Shown here: positions 1 through 12,771 of the stretch, one piece after another
Position numbering within the stretch: position 1 is the stretch's first letter
Layout of the letters: each line of letters begins with the position of its first letter
Assembly (NCBI RefSeq): GCF_006345805.1
Contig: NC_043015.1
Location: 17,174,001 to 17,238,000 of the forward strand
DNA length: 64,000 nucleotides
Source: Octopus sinensis
Lineage: Eukaryota
Reading direction: 5' to 3'
Translations under genes and position numbers: made by a program
Notes under the pieces: model-generated
Told to the model about the DNA's origin: nothing
Database searches by the model: none
The model's input: the letters and a program-made list of their open reading frames with translations, nothing else

Positions 1-278
1 TTTTTAATATTATTTTAATTTTAATTTTTCTTTAAGTATTTGTAAAAAATTTTTATTATTTTATTATCATTTTTATTTTTATTTTTATATTTATTGTTAT
101 TTTTATTTTTATCATGATTTTTATTATTATTTATTATTTAACATTACTATTATTATTATTATTTTTATTATTTATTATTTATTATTTAATATTTATTTCT
201 GGCTCAGGATGATATTCATACCAGTAAGCAGGACGATCGATTTTGTAGTGTTTACATATTATTAATATTATTATTATT
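1..278. repeat. AT-rich (TAT)n-like low-complexity tract
   Basis: Degenerate TTA/TAT repeats. Confidence 0.8.
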
Positions 279-512
279 AGGGCAGTGGATTGACAGAATC
301 ATTGAAGCATCAGATATAATGCTTAGCAGCATTTGAACTCAGAACATAAATCGCTTCTGGCTATTCACATTCTGAGTTCAAATTCCACCAAGGTCAACCT
401 TACTCTTTATCCCTCAGGGGTCAATAAAATAAAGCAGCAATGAAGTTTTGGAGTCAATGGAAATGACTAACCCACTTCACCTAGAATTTTTGGTCCTGTA
501 CCAAAATTTGAA
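279..512 (+). mobile_element. Degenerate SINE family A (tRNA-like head, central core)
   Basis: Follows (ATT)n; resembles intact copies at 63379 and 56938 (ttctgagttcaaattccaccaaggtcaacctt...). Confidence 0.7.
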
Positions 513-514
513 AG

Positions 515-940
515 TCACCATCATCATCATCATCGTCGTCAGCATCATCATCCCATGATAATCGCCAAGACCAGCAACAACACTACTCCTACTTCAAATT
601 GAACTCTTTTGCTGTCATCTAATGCTAAATCAGTCCATGTTTCCATCACACTAACAAACGATGGACCTGGTTTTGAGGATATTGTAACTGAGGATTGGAT
701 GTTGCTGTTGTGGCTATTGATATTGTTGTTGTTTTCAGTATTGCCATTCTTGTTTTCTTCTTCATTGTTGTTGTTGTTGGTGGTGGTGGTGATGGTGGTT
801 GGGATGACTGCATTAGTTTAGTTGATTTTGGTGTTGTTTGTGTGGTTTGTATTTTGTTTGTATTGACAGTTTGTAAAATGATGATGATCATCATCATTGC
901 CATCCACCTCACCACTGTCATCATCATCAGCATCCTCATT
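515..940. repeat. Mixed CAT/GTT/GGT/GAT trinucleotide low-complexity region
   Basis: Imperfect trinucleotide runs; source of the spurious ORFs at 609-1189. Confidence 0.7.
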
Positions 941-1359
941 AGTACAAAAATGAGTGGGCCAAGGATGATACATAAAAATATTTGGGTTGTAGCAAAATCA
1001 AAACAGGAAAAAAGAAGGTTGCGCATCCCACAGGCAGAAGACCCTTGCCTAGAGTGTTGTGCTTTGGTTTTGAACTCAGGATCCTGCAATTGTGAAGCAA
1101 ATTTCTTAACCATACCAGTTATACTTGCTTTTATCATGGACTCACCGTGCTTTAAAACATCTCCTTTGTTTTGGAATTATGATGTTTAATCAGATAACAA
1201 ACATAGAAATTTTGTTAAGCATGAAAATAAAAAGTTAAATCAAGCGAATAATTGATTTAAAAGAAGAAGCTAAAACAATATAATTAAGAGAGTTTAATTT
1301 AATTTTTAGTTGAAGAAAATTTAATTGTAGGTTTTATATTTTCATAAATTTCTGTTTTT

Positions 1360-1545
1360 CAAGGCAGTGAGCTGGCAAAATAGTCAGCATAGCAAACTTC
1401 TTACCAGCATTTCTTCTGTTTTTGCATTCTGAGTTCAAATTCTGCTGAGGTTGGTTTTGCCTTTCATCCTTGTGTAGTGGGGTTGATGCAATCGACTAGC
1501 CCTTCCCAGCAAATTTCATGCCTTGTGCCTATAGAAGAAAGAATT
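1360..1545 (+). mobile_element. Degenerate SINE family A
   Basis: aaggcagtgagctggc head; ttctgagttcaaattctgctgagg core; ccttgtgcctatagaagaaaag tail. Confidence 0.65.
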
Positions 1546-1949
1546 ATTAACATCTGTTTTATTTTTATTGATGATAATTAGAGTCTTATTGATTCTGCTA
1601 AATGGCTTTGGTAACAAGGCCATTGTGTCTTGAGGAATACATATGTGTACATATACATGTGTATACATACATACATGTGTATGTGTGTGTGTGTGTGCTT
1701 GTATATTTCTATGTTTTATGTATGCATATATGGGTCTGTTTGGGCATATATGTAAGTATGTGTGGGCGTCTCTCATGCTGTGTCTGTATTTGCTACATGT
1801 TTGCATTGCCCAGAAAGTTCTGAATGATTTCAGCAATTGTCTCTTTAAACGCTTTATATAAAACCTGTAATGTTGGTATGGCTGATATGTTGGCCTCACT
1901 TGCAGTGTGGTAACTTATCAGTTACATTTCACTCCAAAAATAAGTATAT

Positions 1950-2680
1950 TTCTTTTGCCAACCTGTATCGAGATCAAAAATGGAAACCCAAAAGTTGTAT
2001 TTTTGGTGTGCAATGCTTTTCTTTAAAAAGGGTGAAAACACAGCAGAAATTAAAAACCATTTGTGAAATGTATGAAGTTGTAGTTGGTGAAAAACTGTTT
2101 AGAGATCATTTGCATTATTCAAGTGCATGGATTTCTGATTAGAAGATTCAAGTTGCATTGTAAGATCTTCAGAGTTGGACAATGATCTTTTGAAGGTAAA
2201 CATTGAAGCCAAACCACAAATTATGGTTGGAAATCCTGCTGAGATGTTGGAAATTCCAAAAAGTAATGTTCATGAAGTTGGGTACTTTTCCTGCAAGAGT
2301 GTATGTATCCCTGATAACCTCTCAAAGAAAAACTGCTTTGAGCAGTAATCCATCTGCAACGTTCTTGTGAAATATAATGAAACCGAACCATTTTTTAAAG
2401 TGAATAATGGCTGGAGATAAACAATAGGTTATCTATGATAAGTTAGTGGGGAAACTTACCTGTGGTTTGTGTGAGAATCCACCTCAACAGCTAACAAAGC
2501 AGAATATTCATGCAAAGAAACATTTTGTGTCCTGTGAGATTTCAGAGGCCTCTGTTATGAGCTTACACAATAGCATCCACACTTTTGGGGTGTACTGCCA
2601 GATGTGGCTAGAAGTAGCCAACAGGAAAGGAGTTGTGTTCCAAGACGACAACAACCCTTATCTGTCTTCAACTCCCCGTT
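1950..2680 (+). mobile_element. mariner-type transposase remnant
   Basis: Piecing frames together by hand gives ...CIPDNLSKKN...ICNVLVKYNETEPFF..IMAGD...ANRKGVVFQDDN, resembling mariner WVPHEL/TGDEKW/HDNA motifs; many stops and frameshifts. Confidence 0.65.
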
Positions 2681-2922
2681 AAAGGTTACATGCAAACACA
2701 CAGGTGCATACATACACACATGAATTTCTTGAAAAAGATGTATTGCTAAGAAAAATTATTACTCAATTAAGTGGAGGGAGTCACCATAAAGAACGATGTT
2801 GGAATGTCATCAATAAGTCACATTGACTATGCAGTACTGTGCTGTATCAATAAAATGAGTCACTTCCTAATTCTTTCTATTCTCAATGTGCATACCTGTA
2901 AATTGGCTGTTATTGTCTAAGG

Positions 2923-3012
2923 CAGTGTTTCCCAACCCTTTTACTTAACTGAGTTTCCCCCACAGACCCCTTTTAATATGTTTATTCACGGACCCAAAGT
3001 TGGGAACCACTG
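2923..3012. mobile_element. 90-bp hAT (Charlie-like) MITE
   Basis: TIRs CAGTGTTTCCCAAC / GTTGGGAACCACTG; 8-bp flanks GTCTAAGG / TTCTAAGG (one mismatch). Confidence 0.75.
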
Positions 3013-3296
3013 TTCTAAGGTACAGCTCAGTTATGTAAGTCAGGAAGCATTGTAGAATTGACATACAACTTCCAAGTTTTAGTGTCTGATACAATTATTT
3101 CTAACATTGACCAGTTCTTTCTGTGTTTCTTTATTTCTACTTCCATTTCTTGTTCCTGTGCACTTCCTTGCTTTCCTACAAATCTTTTTTCTTTGAAGAA
3201 TCTGCTATAATATTCACTGAACCCAAATATTATTTGTACTCTCTTACAACCCCGGGATACAGCTTGTTGCATATCTTCCAGTTGCCTAATCTTAGT

Positions 3297-3497
3297 TTAC
3301 TGGAGAGGTTTTGACCAGAGTAACCTTTTCTGATTGACAGCAATTACAGTAAGGTCATCAGCATAGAGGAGCTCAGAGGGGCATCCTGTCTTGAATTCCT
3401 CTGTTATTGCCTGGAGGACTATGATAAATAAGAAGGGGCTGAGGACTGAACCTTGGTGGACCCCTACCTCTACCTGGAATTCTTCACTGTACTTGCT
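3297..3497 (-). mobile_element. RTE-clade LINE reverse transcriptase fragment
   Basis: EEFQVEVGVHQGSVLSPFLF...LLYADDL (RT motifs). Confidence 0.75.
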
Positions 3498-3499
3498 GC

Positions 3500-4665
3500 C
3501 ACGTTCGCCGGGGAAACGTACCAACAGGGTCTGGGGTCGCGATGGGAACGAGAATGGGCCCCAATTTCGCCAATCTCTTTGTTGGCTACATTGAGGCCCA
3601 AGCATTCTCCCAATTCTCCGGACCGACCCCAGAGCTATACGATCGCTACATAGACGACTGCATAGGCGCCACCTCCCTCTCCCGCGAACAACTCTGCCAC
3701 TTCATCTCTTTCCTCTCTAACTTCCACCCCTCTCTCCAATACCTGTTAACTTCCTTGACATCTCTCTTAGCATCGACCACCCCTCCCACTCTCTCACCAC
3801 CTCCGCCTTCTTCAAACCCACGGATTCCCACCTCTATCTCAACTTCTCCTCCTCCCATCCCTTCCACACCAAACGGGCCATCCCCTACTCCCAGTTCCTC
3901 CGCATCCGACGCTTGTGCAGTCGCGACCAGGATTTTGAGACCCAGTCTCAGTACCTGGCCCGCCTGTTCAGGTCTTGAACGCCCTTGCCCGCGCTCGTCG
4001 CATCGACCGCACCACCGCCCTTTCTCCTTCCTCTCATCAACCCCCTAACCGCACCCTCTTTATCCTCCTTTTCCACCCCTCCACTCTACCCCATCGTCGG
4101 AGGATACTACGTGCCTTCCGTCGTCTCCAGCTCGATCCCATGACCCGCCTCAATTTTCTCCAACCCACCATTGTCCTCCTTCAAACGAGTCCGGAATCTA
4201 CGCGATCTCCTGGTCCGTAGCACCCTCTCCCCTTCCCCCTCAGCCCCACATGGATCCTTCCCGTGCTCTAGATCCCGCTGCAACACCTGCCCCTTCATCA
4301 CCAACACCACTGCTGTCATCGGCTCCAACCAGCGAACTGTACGTATTAGACATTCTTTTACGTGCACTTCTTCTGGTCTCATATATTGCATAAAATGCAA
4401 CCTCTGCGGAATGCTTTATGTAGGACAGACGGGCCACCGATTGGCCGACCGGTTCGCCGAACATCTAAGGGATGTTCGGCTGCGTTCCAATTCTCCCATC
4501 GCCCGTCACTTCTGCTCGGCCAGCCATTCCCCCGGTGACATCTCTGTGTTTGGTCTCGCCCCACACAACGGACCTCCAAAATCCAGGCTTCACTTGGAGC
4601 AACGGTTTATTTTCACTTTACAGACTAATACCCCGCACGGACTCAACACAGCCCCCTCCTCTTAG
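3500..4665 (+). pseudogene. Penelope RT-GIY-YIG polyprotein, frameshifted
   Basis: ORFs 3542-4048 and 4171-4665 plus intervening frames; several frameshifts. Confidence 0.85.
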
Positions 4666-6336
4666 TGACTGCGTCTCCACCTCCCGCAACAAGCAACTTT
4701 ATTTCTTATTTCTTCCCCCTCTTCTTCTCTTTTTCTTTTTTTCTTTTCTTTGTCTTTTTTCATTGTTTTTTCATTTTCTTTCCTTACGTGCTATTACGTC
4801 TTTTATTTTATTATTTTATTATTTTATTGTTTTATATTTTTTTAATTATTTTATTGTTTTTATAAATTATTGTTCTTATACACAAACACATATCACACAC
4901 ATACAACATACATGCACATATACGCACACATACTTCCACACACATACACACACATATACATACACAAATACACATACCCACACCCACCCACGCGCATTCA
5001 CACATATGCCCGTGCACACACACACGTACACAAACATACACACACGCACAAGAATGCACAGAAACCTATCCCATCCAGCACACACATACCTTTAGACACA
5101 CACATAAACGTACACATAGCCACATACACGCACATACTCAAGCACACGCGCGTACACACAATAAAATGAACACAACCTGACACACATCTCCACGGTCACA
5201 CACACGCACATACACATACACGCACGTACATACACACACAATACACGCACACACACACATACACACGTACACACACAGACCAGCACAGATGCCCACATAT
5301 ACCTCCAACAAACAATACTCATACAGATACGCACACACTTATACACACATGGACACAGACACACACGTACATACACGCACGTAAGCGCACACACACACAG
5401 AAGCACACGCACGCACATTACGCCCACACAATTCCACCCCCCACACACGCATACACAAATTCACATACACACCGATACATATACATACACACAATATATG
5501 CCTACACGCGCACACACACATACACATACGTATACACATATAGACACAGACACATACACACACGCACACACATACGCACGCACACGAATGCACACACCCA
5601 AAACTCACAACCCTACGGATACACGTATATACACCAATATACGCTTACACACACATACAAACGTACACGTCCACACACACACACGTACACGCACACACAA
5701 CTACACGCACATGCGACACGTACGCACATACATACACACACACACAAATGAACCCACACATACATCCCATACACACGGCACAGAATTATACATACACGCA
5801 CACAATTATACATACATGTATACACACATACGCACGTACAAGCACACACGCACACATACACTAAGTAAAGCACAGTTATTCGCCACACACCCAAACTCTA
5901 CGCATACACACACTACAAACAAAACACACACACGATACATATACATACATGCACACACACACACACACACATACTTCAAACCAGCAGTACCTACTACTTG
6001 ACTTGTGGTAGAGACAAAAGGAGGCACTCCCAATTCCTTCTTCCTTGACCTTAACACTACTAGCCCTACAACACGCAAATATTAACAGCCACAACCACAC
6101 ACACACACGTGTCATCATTGCACATATACACACATACACACACACGCACACGCAGACCTCCGCGCACGCACATATCCACACTTACACACACATTCCTTCT
6201 TCTCTACCACTCTCCTGTCTTTGAAAGAACTTTTCTTCATCCATTTCCTCCCGGTCATTCAAAATGTGACCGCGTGTGTACCGTTGGCGATTTTTTCCCC
6301 TCTATCTTCCCTTCTCTGGATCTTTCCTTCTCCTAC

Positions 6337-6371
6337 GTTTCCGACGAAGAGCTCTGCTCGAAACGTTAAAC
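6337..6371 (+). ncRNA. Minimal type I hammerhead ribozyme motif (CCGACGA core)
   Basis: GTTT-CCGACGA-A-GAGC(tct)GCTC-GAAA-C-GTT-AAAC: stem I GTTT/AAAC, stem II 4 bp, palindromic ACGT stem III, GUU triplet. Confidence 0.7.
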
Positions 6372-6479
6372 CCTATTTCTTTCCTGAGCGTCTAATAATA
6401 CTATATTTGTTCCACGTCCTCGCGTTGTTGTGTTTTTTTGTGCTTTCTTGTTTGGATTAACTATATATACACACACACA

Positions 6480-6509
<30 letters not shown>

Positions 6510-6512
<3 letters not shown>

Positions 6513-7600
6513 GTTAATCCAAACAAGAAAACAAAAAGACAACAACGCAAGGACGTCGAACAAATAAAGTATTATTGGACGCTCAGGAAAGAAGGGAAGA
6601 AGGAGGGTTTGACGTTTCGAGCGGAGCTCTTCGTCGGAAACATAGGAGAAGGAAAGATCCCGAGAAGGGAAGACAGAGGAAAAAAATCGCTAGTGATACA
6701 GACGAGGTCACATACTAAAAGATGGAAGTGGTAAAAGTGGAAGAAAATGTTTTTAAAAAACAGGAGAGCTATATCAAAGACGGAATGGTAAAGAAGGTGT
6801 GCGATGATGACAAGTGTGTGTGTGTGAGTGTGTGCGCGCGCGTGTGTGTGTATGGCGAACAACACGGTAGCAGGCTAGTAGTAGAATTAAGGAGTGGTGT
6901 GTGGGTACACTAGCAGGTCAAAATGGCAGGTCAAAAACAGGGAGGTATGTTTGTGTGCGTGTATGTATATGTATCGTGTGTGTGTTTTGTTTGTTGTATG
7001 TGTGTGTGTTTTGTTTGTTGTATGTGTGTGTGTACGTGTGCGTTTTTTTGTGTGTATGCGTGGAGTTTGGGTGTGTGGCGAGTAACTGTGCTTAACTTAG
7101 TGTATGTGTGCGTGTGTGCTTGTACGTGCGTGTATGTGTATATATATGTATGTATAATTGTGTGCGTGTATGTATGTGTGTGCGTGTATGTATGGTTATG
7201 TGTCGTGTGTATGGGATGTATGTGTGGGTTCATTTGTGTGTGTGTGTATGTATGTGCGTGTAGTTGTGTGTGCGTTTGTATGTATGTGTGTGTAAGCGTA
7301 AATGGATGTATATGCGTGTATCCGTGGGGTTGTGAGTTTTTTTTCGCGCGTGTGCGTGCGTATGTGTGCGTATGTATGTGTGTGTCTGTGCTTATATGTG
7401 TGTACGTATGTGTGCGTGGGCGTGTAGGTATATGTTGTGTGTATGTATATGTGTCGGTGTGTATGTGAATTAGTGTGTGTTTGTACGTGTGTATGTGTGT
7501 GTGCGTGTATTGTATATATATGTAAATGTGTGTGTACGTGCGTTGGAGTAGATGTATGTATGTATGTGCGTGTGTGTACAAATGTAGGGGATGGGCTTCC
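6510..7600 (-). mobile_element. Inverted, diverged copy of the Penelope 3' region (non-coding)
   Basis: Reverse complement matches 6200-6460 and about 5450-5960 (e.g. aaaactcacaacc(c/t)acggatacacg, acacaaatgaacccacacatacatcccatacac). Confidence 0.75.
6607..6641 (-). ncRNA. Minimal type I hammerhead ribozyme motif with GUC site
   Basis: Minus strand reads GTTT-CCGACGA-A-GAGC(tcc)GCTC-GAAA-C-GTC-AAAC. Confidence 0.75.
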
Positions 7601-7881
7601 TATATGTGTATTTATATGTTTATATGTGGGTATATATATGCATGCAAGGACACACTTCACAACTGAAAGATTGATGGAAAAAAAATTCTTCCGGTGCGGG
7701 CGCATGCGAATCCACAGGCACGCACACATGCGCACCGACGTACGCTCGAAACAAACCCAACCCCACAGGCACGCATGTATGCATGTATGTATGTGTGCGC
7801 GCGTGTGCATATATATATATATATACACTCCCCCCATATACACACACACACACACACAACACACACACACCCACATATATA

Positions 7882-7930
<49 letters not shown>

Positions 7931-7937
7931 ATATATA

Positions 7938-9243
7938 CTAGCAGAATTGCCCCGCGATGCTCGGGGCTGAATTGCTTGAAAGTACTGTTAATGATTGCAC
8001 TGAATATGATGATTATTCAGGCAAATATTGATATAAGTTTACGGTGGGAGATAAGGACTTACGATCAAACGTGTGCCATTGCATTGTTTTGGGGGAACCA
8101 AATTTCTAATGATCATTATAGGGGCACCAACTTTAAGTTTGTGGTGGTAGTCCGGGGGGCTCAAAGGAATTGAGTACCTCTATTGGATAGTTATGACGTC
8201 CTCTGGGTCAGGAGTTGTATCGATAGACTTATTACATAGACATCCCCAGGAATGGTTTTAGCATTTCATCATTAATATGGTGAACAGTTTTATTCCTCGG
8301 GGCCAGAATAGCCCTTTGGCCAATCCAATCCATATTCTGATAATTAGCTTGTAGATCTGGGAACACTGTATCTCTGAGATCAGAAGGCGTTTTAACAATG
8401 GTACAAATGAAATCGATGGCAATATTACCATTTTCATCCCCTGGTATTTTGCCTTCGCCAAGTGCAAGGAGGGTGTGAGAAAATGCTGCTGATGTGATAT
8501 TACGTCGCATATGAGCACGCATATTGGTGTGAAGTTTGAGAGTCTTCACCAGTGGCCACAATGTGGATGACTTAAGACACGCACTTACTGCATCAGCTCT
8601 AGTCCCTTTGGGAATAACGGAAAGTGTTTGTCGGAAGTCCCCTGAAAGAAGAAGTGTTATGCCTCCCATGGGAGCTGAAGAGTGTTTGATGTCTCTGAGA
8701 GATCTATCTAGTGCCTCAAGAGCACCTCTGTGGGCCATCGTGCATTCATCCCAAACGATAAGCTTGCATCGTCTGAAGACTTCTGCCTGATCGGAGCTGT
8801 TACTGATGTTGCAAGTTGGTGTCTCAGTCTTCGCTAAGTCAAGCGGAAGCTTGAAAGTGGAGTGAGCTGTCCTGCCGCCTGGCAACAAAGTAGCCGCAAT
8901 ACCAGATGATACCACAGCTAGGGCAATGCCTTGTGTTCGCCTAATCTCAGCCAATATTAATTTGTTGACAAAAGTTTTCCCAGTGCCCTCAGGAGCGTCC
9001 AGGAAAAAAAATCCCCCCCAGCTTTGGCCCGGACTGAATTAACAACGGAGTTGTAAGCGAACTTCTGCTGTGGAAGGAGCTTTGGCTCATTGTCGGCTAT
9101 GTACTCGGCAAGCTCGTCAACATTAAAACATGTCTGACGCAGCAAATGTGAAGACAGAGTGTTTGTGCCTTCCCGGTTTGTTGAAGGTAGGCCATAGACC
9201 GGCAAGGCACTACCGCCCATATCAAGTACAGTATCTTCGAACG
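7938..9243 (-). mobile_element. Helitron remnant: PIF1-type helicase region plus intact 3' terminus
   Basis: SSGIAATLLPGGRTAHSTFK, IVWDECTM, GDFRQTL, ILAPRN, KVGAPIM..RNL...CNGTR. The 3' hairpin (stem 7949-7954 / 7962-7967) is followed by CTAG|T in (TA)n. Confidence 0.9.
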
Positions 9244-9280
9244 TAGTTTGTTACCACACAGCCACACCTGCCTGCCCCTA

Positions 9281-9324
<44 letters not shown>

Positions 9325-10032
9325 GGTAGATATATTATGCATGTATATATGTGTGTATATATATGTGTACATATTACATGTACATCTATATATATATACA
9401 TCTACACATAAAATACAAAATACAAAGTTATATCTTGATATCGCTAGTGATAACAATACTCAAAATATATAACAGACTGGAATTGTAGGCCTATCTCTTG
9501 CAATTTCGATCAATTGTATCTTGTCCTCCCTCTTATATAGAAGTGTACGGCTGCAGCGAAATTCATTTTTGGACTCTCTTCTATCGAAGGCTTTTTAACA
9601 AAAATGCTTCCGTAAAGACGGTGAAAATATTGTCAATTTTCCCAAACAGGGACACAATTCAATTTTGAAACAATAACCAAAGCCCCTCCTCCGAAAGGGG
9701 GAGGGTTACGGTTTACAATTATTTAACAAATGCAACACAACAACGTTTCTCTGACGAGGAACCAACTAACGTGATTACAATAGTCAAACAGTAATAATAA
9801 TAACAACAAACCTTTTTAATTTATCCCCATTTATGTGAAACCACTTATTCAAGTTCAAGTCATTGATGCAATTTTATACGAATTGCTAATACACACACGC
9901 ATAATAAGGGTGAAAACTTGAATATTAATTTGATTAATATGAATTGAAAACCAGTGGTGTAGCATATAAGACCATAGCGGATCTTCCTCTAGCAAAAAGG
10001 ATGACCACTATTAATGGCTCATCCCTGTCACT

Positions 10033-10082
<50 letters not shown>

Positions 10083-10139
10083 ACACACACACACACGCAC
10101 ACACACACACACCTTAGCTTACAATTTTCTTTCAACAAT

Positions 10140-10649
10140 TGACACTGTCATATATGTATATGTTTGCTTGTCTATGTGTGTAAAGAGGAAGTGGGAGTAA
10201 TAGGCGGAGTAAAGCCTTTGAAGTGAGAGAGAGAAATCGTAAAATATTGAGTTTTCTCGAATTTTTGCTTAATTGGGTGTCAAATTGAAAGAAATTTATA
10301 TGCGATGACCGAATGGAATGTACTTGGAAAAATCATAGGTAAACTCTAATTGAAGAAATCGTTATGTATTTATTTGTTTCTGTTTGCTCTGTATTTTTTT
10401 TGAGTAGTGGTTTAAGGTACATTTGCAAAGAGAAAGTAGGAGAAATTATGGTAATAGCACGAGTGAAGCAGTTGAAATTAGAGAGGCAAATCGTAAGATA
10501 TTTACTTTTCTCGTATTTTGCCACGACCCAATCGAATCTACTTGTAAAAATCGTAGGTAAATTCCAATTGAAGAAATTCTATATTGTAGAATTGTATTAA
10601 AAACGAACATGGGAACAGGCAGAGAAAATCTGCCTTTTATCATAAGAGA
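10140..10649 (-). mobile_element. Probable non-autonomous Helitron-like 5' segment
   Basis: Minus strand starts A|TCTCTTATGATAAAA with hairpin GGCAGA-TTTTC-TCTGCC; internal degenerate direct repeat (about 10230-10360 vs 10480-10580). Confidence 0.4.
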
Positions 10650-11029
10650 TACACATATATAAATATATAAACAAAATGTTCGATTTTGTTTGCCATATGC
10701 GGTACGTGGTTATATCCTCTTTATCACCATCACGTGTGTTGATATTCTAAGATACTTGTGTTGTTTTATTTTTTTAGCCCAGCATCTCAGATTCTGGTGC
10801 TGTGGTGTTCTAAGATGCTGTTGTTGTCACTGCTGGTGCTGTATTTGACATCTGGGGATTTTGAAGCTTGCAGGCTTCTAAGTTGATGCTATTGTTAATC
10901 TATCAAATGTTCTGACCCCATCTGTTGTGATGTACTTGTTTTATTCAACATCTGGTGGGGGTGGTGGGTGGTGGTTTGCAAGTGGCAAAAAAGCATGTTT
11001 AAGATGCAGACACTACCTAAAAAGTTTAG

Positions 11030-11330
11030 TTTAAAACGGTTCCCATGTCAGGTGAGATTTTAGGATTCTTGTTCTCTCTGTCAAGCAAAGCTTACAACAT
11101 TTGCTTCCATTTATATAAGGCCCTGGTTACTCAAGGAACTTACATTTGATTATGTATGTGGTTTATTCCTCTTTTAGGTGCCAGGGGCATGATGTTGTAC
11201 CTCTCTGGTATCCTAAATGAGAGTCTGTGGTTGTACAGGCATGGCTTAAATGGAGTTCTGGATGAACTAATATATTTCCATATCTCTGCACTGGATGTCT
11301 CACTACCATTGGTGTTTCTATCTTTGGTCC
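11030..11330 (-). mobile_element. Degenerate Penelope GIY-YIG C-terminal fragment (different family)
   Basis: KYISSSRTPFKPCLYNHRLSFR followed by GSKCCKLCLTERTRILKS, resembling the PLE endonuclease C-terminal CxLCLxEK motif. Confidence 0.55.
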
Positions 11331-12771
11331 CAGTTCTGGTATTTCTGGGTGTGATTCTGCAGTTGCTCTTGCTGCTGGAGGTGGTGGTGGTGGGGGCGTT
11401 TCTTAAAATTGATATACTGCTGGGTGTGAGGTGTCAGTGTGCATGTGTGATGGAGCATTGGTTAGCATAAAAGGAATTGTATGCAGAGTGCAAGAGAGGA
11501 GACTGTGCTGGTTTGATCATGTGAAGTGGATAGATGAGGACAGTTGCATAAGTATTGATCACTTATGAAGGGCATCCGGCAGTAGAAAGCAAGCCAAAAC
11601 AGACTATGGAATTTGGTGTGGCCCCTGGATTTACCATTTCCTGTCAAGCCATCCAAACCATTCCAGCTTGGAAAATGGATGTTAAATGTTGATGATATAT
11701 ATATACCTATATATATAAAACTATATGTATGGGTGTTTTTGTGTCTGTATTCATACATATCCTGTTTGAGTGTATCAATGGTGGTCAGAGTTGGAAAAGG
11801 ATGGGCTTCCTAAGATTTTAATGCGGAAGACATACCATAAGTCAAGATAGACCCTCCCCACCACCTACCATTCCTTTCAACCAAAACAAAGACTGGTGCA
11901 GATGCAGGAATTCATTGTTATTCAAAGATATGCTAAAACAACATCTTGACAATTTCTAACACAATTATGGAGTCAATAAATCAATTAATTGATCAATTAA
12001 CTTAAATAAGTTAAAGTTATTTTTTTATTTTTATGCTTCTTTAAAAAACAAAATTTCTTAAATATCTAAATCTTTGTGATGAATTGTTATTAACACGACA
12101 ATAATTTTTTACTCTATTAACCTTAACTTTACAGATGACAGAGATGAAAGGGAGCTTTTTGTATGTTTTTGTATTTTTTAATATTCATATCTTTATTGTG
12201 TTTTATTTATTTGTTCATTTTATGAACAATAGTATTGTTATGAGTTTCCTGCGAACCACTCCAATGTTTTGCTGTATTTCCAATAGGAGGAGTGACAAGG
12301 GAAGTCAGTACAACTCTGCCACAACATATTATATCCACTTTATTTCTCTTTGAAGGCACGAGTTTACCACTTTTCCCACTGTTTGTACATCTGTCCAAGG
12401 ATATACATTAGTGAGATACACATACACACAAGAATGACCAAAGCCTTGTGAATGGATTTGAAAGGCACAAACTTAAAGATGTCCATCATGTAAGTGTGAC
12501 TGTGTGTGTGTGTGTGTGTTTGTGTGTACACACACACATATATATATATCTATCTATCTATATATATATATATATACATATATATATGTATGCATATGTA
12601 TATATATGTATGTATATGTATATATGTGTATGTATATATATGTATACATATATATATGTATATATATATATATAAAGATAGATATATATATATATATGTA
12701 TATGTATGTATATGTATGCATAGGAATATATATATATGTATATATATGTATATGTATGTATATATATATAT

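Larger units (their letters stand above)
3500..6460 (+). mobile_element. 5'-truncated Penelope-like element (Neptune-like) with long CA-rich 3' region ending in a hammerhead module
   Basis: RT (AMGTRMGPNFANLF, RYIDD), Cys linker CSRSRCNTC and GIY-YIG (LIYCIKC...YVGQT...RFAEH) to the stop at 4665. Assigning 4666-6460 to the element is inferred from homology to the inverted copy at 6510-7600. Confidence 0.8.

Noticed and set aside
4832-7970. Many long ORFs rich in H/T/Y or C/V/Y (also 12448-13012, 14148-15310, 16416-17855, 22085-24576, 43251-44427)
   Set aside because: They are translations of (CA)n, (TG)n and (TA)n tracts, which lack stop codons in some frames.
9745-9775. CTGACGAG hammerhead-like core
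   Set aside because: No stem II or GAAA follows at the required spacing.
11156-11470. 104-aa hydrophobic plus-strand ORF resembling a membrane protein
   Set aside because: The antisense frame gives Penelope GIY-YIG motifs; the hydrophobicity comes from low-complexity sequence.
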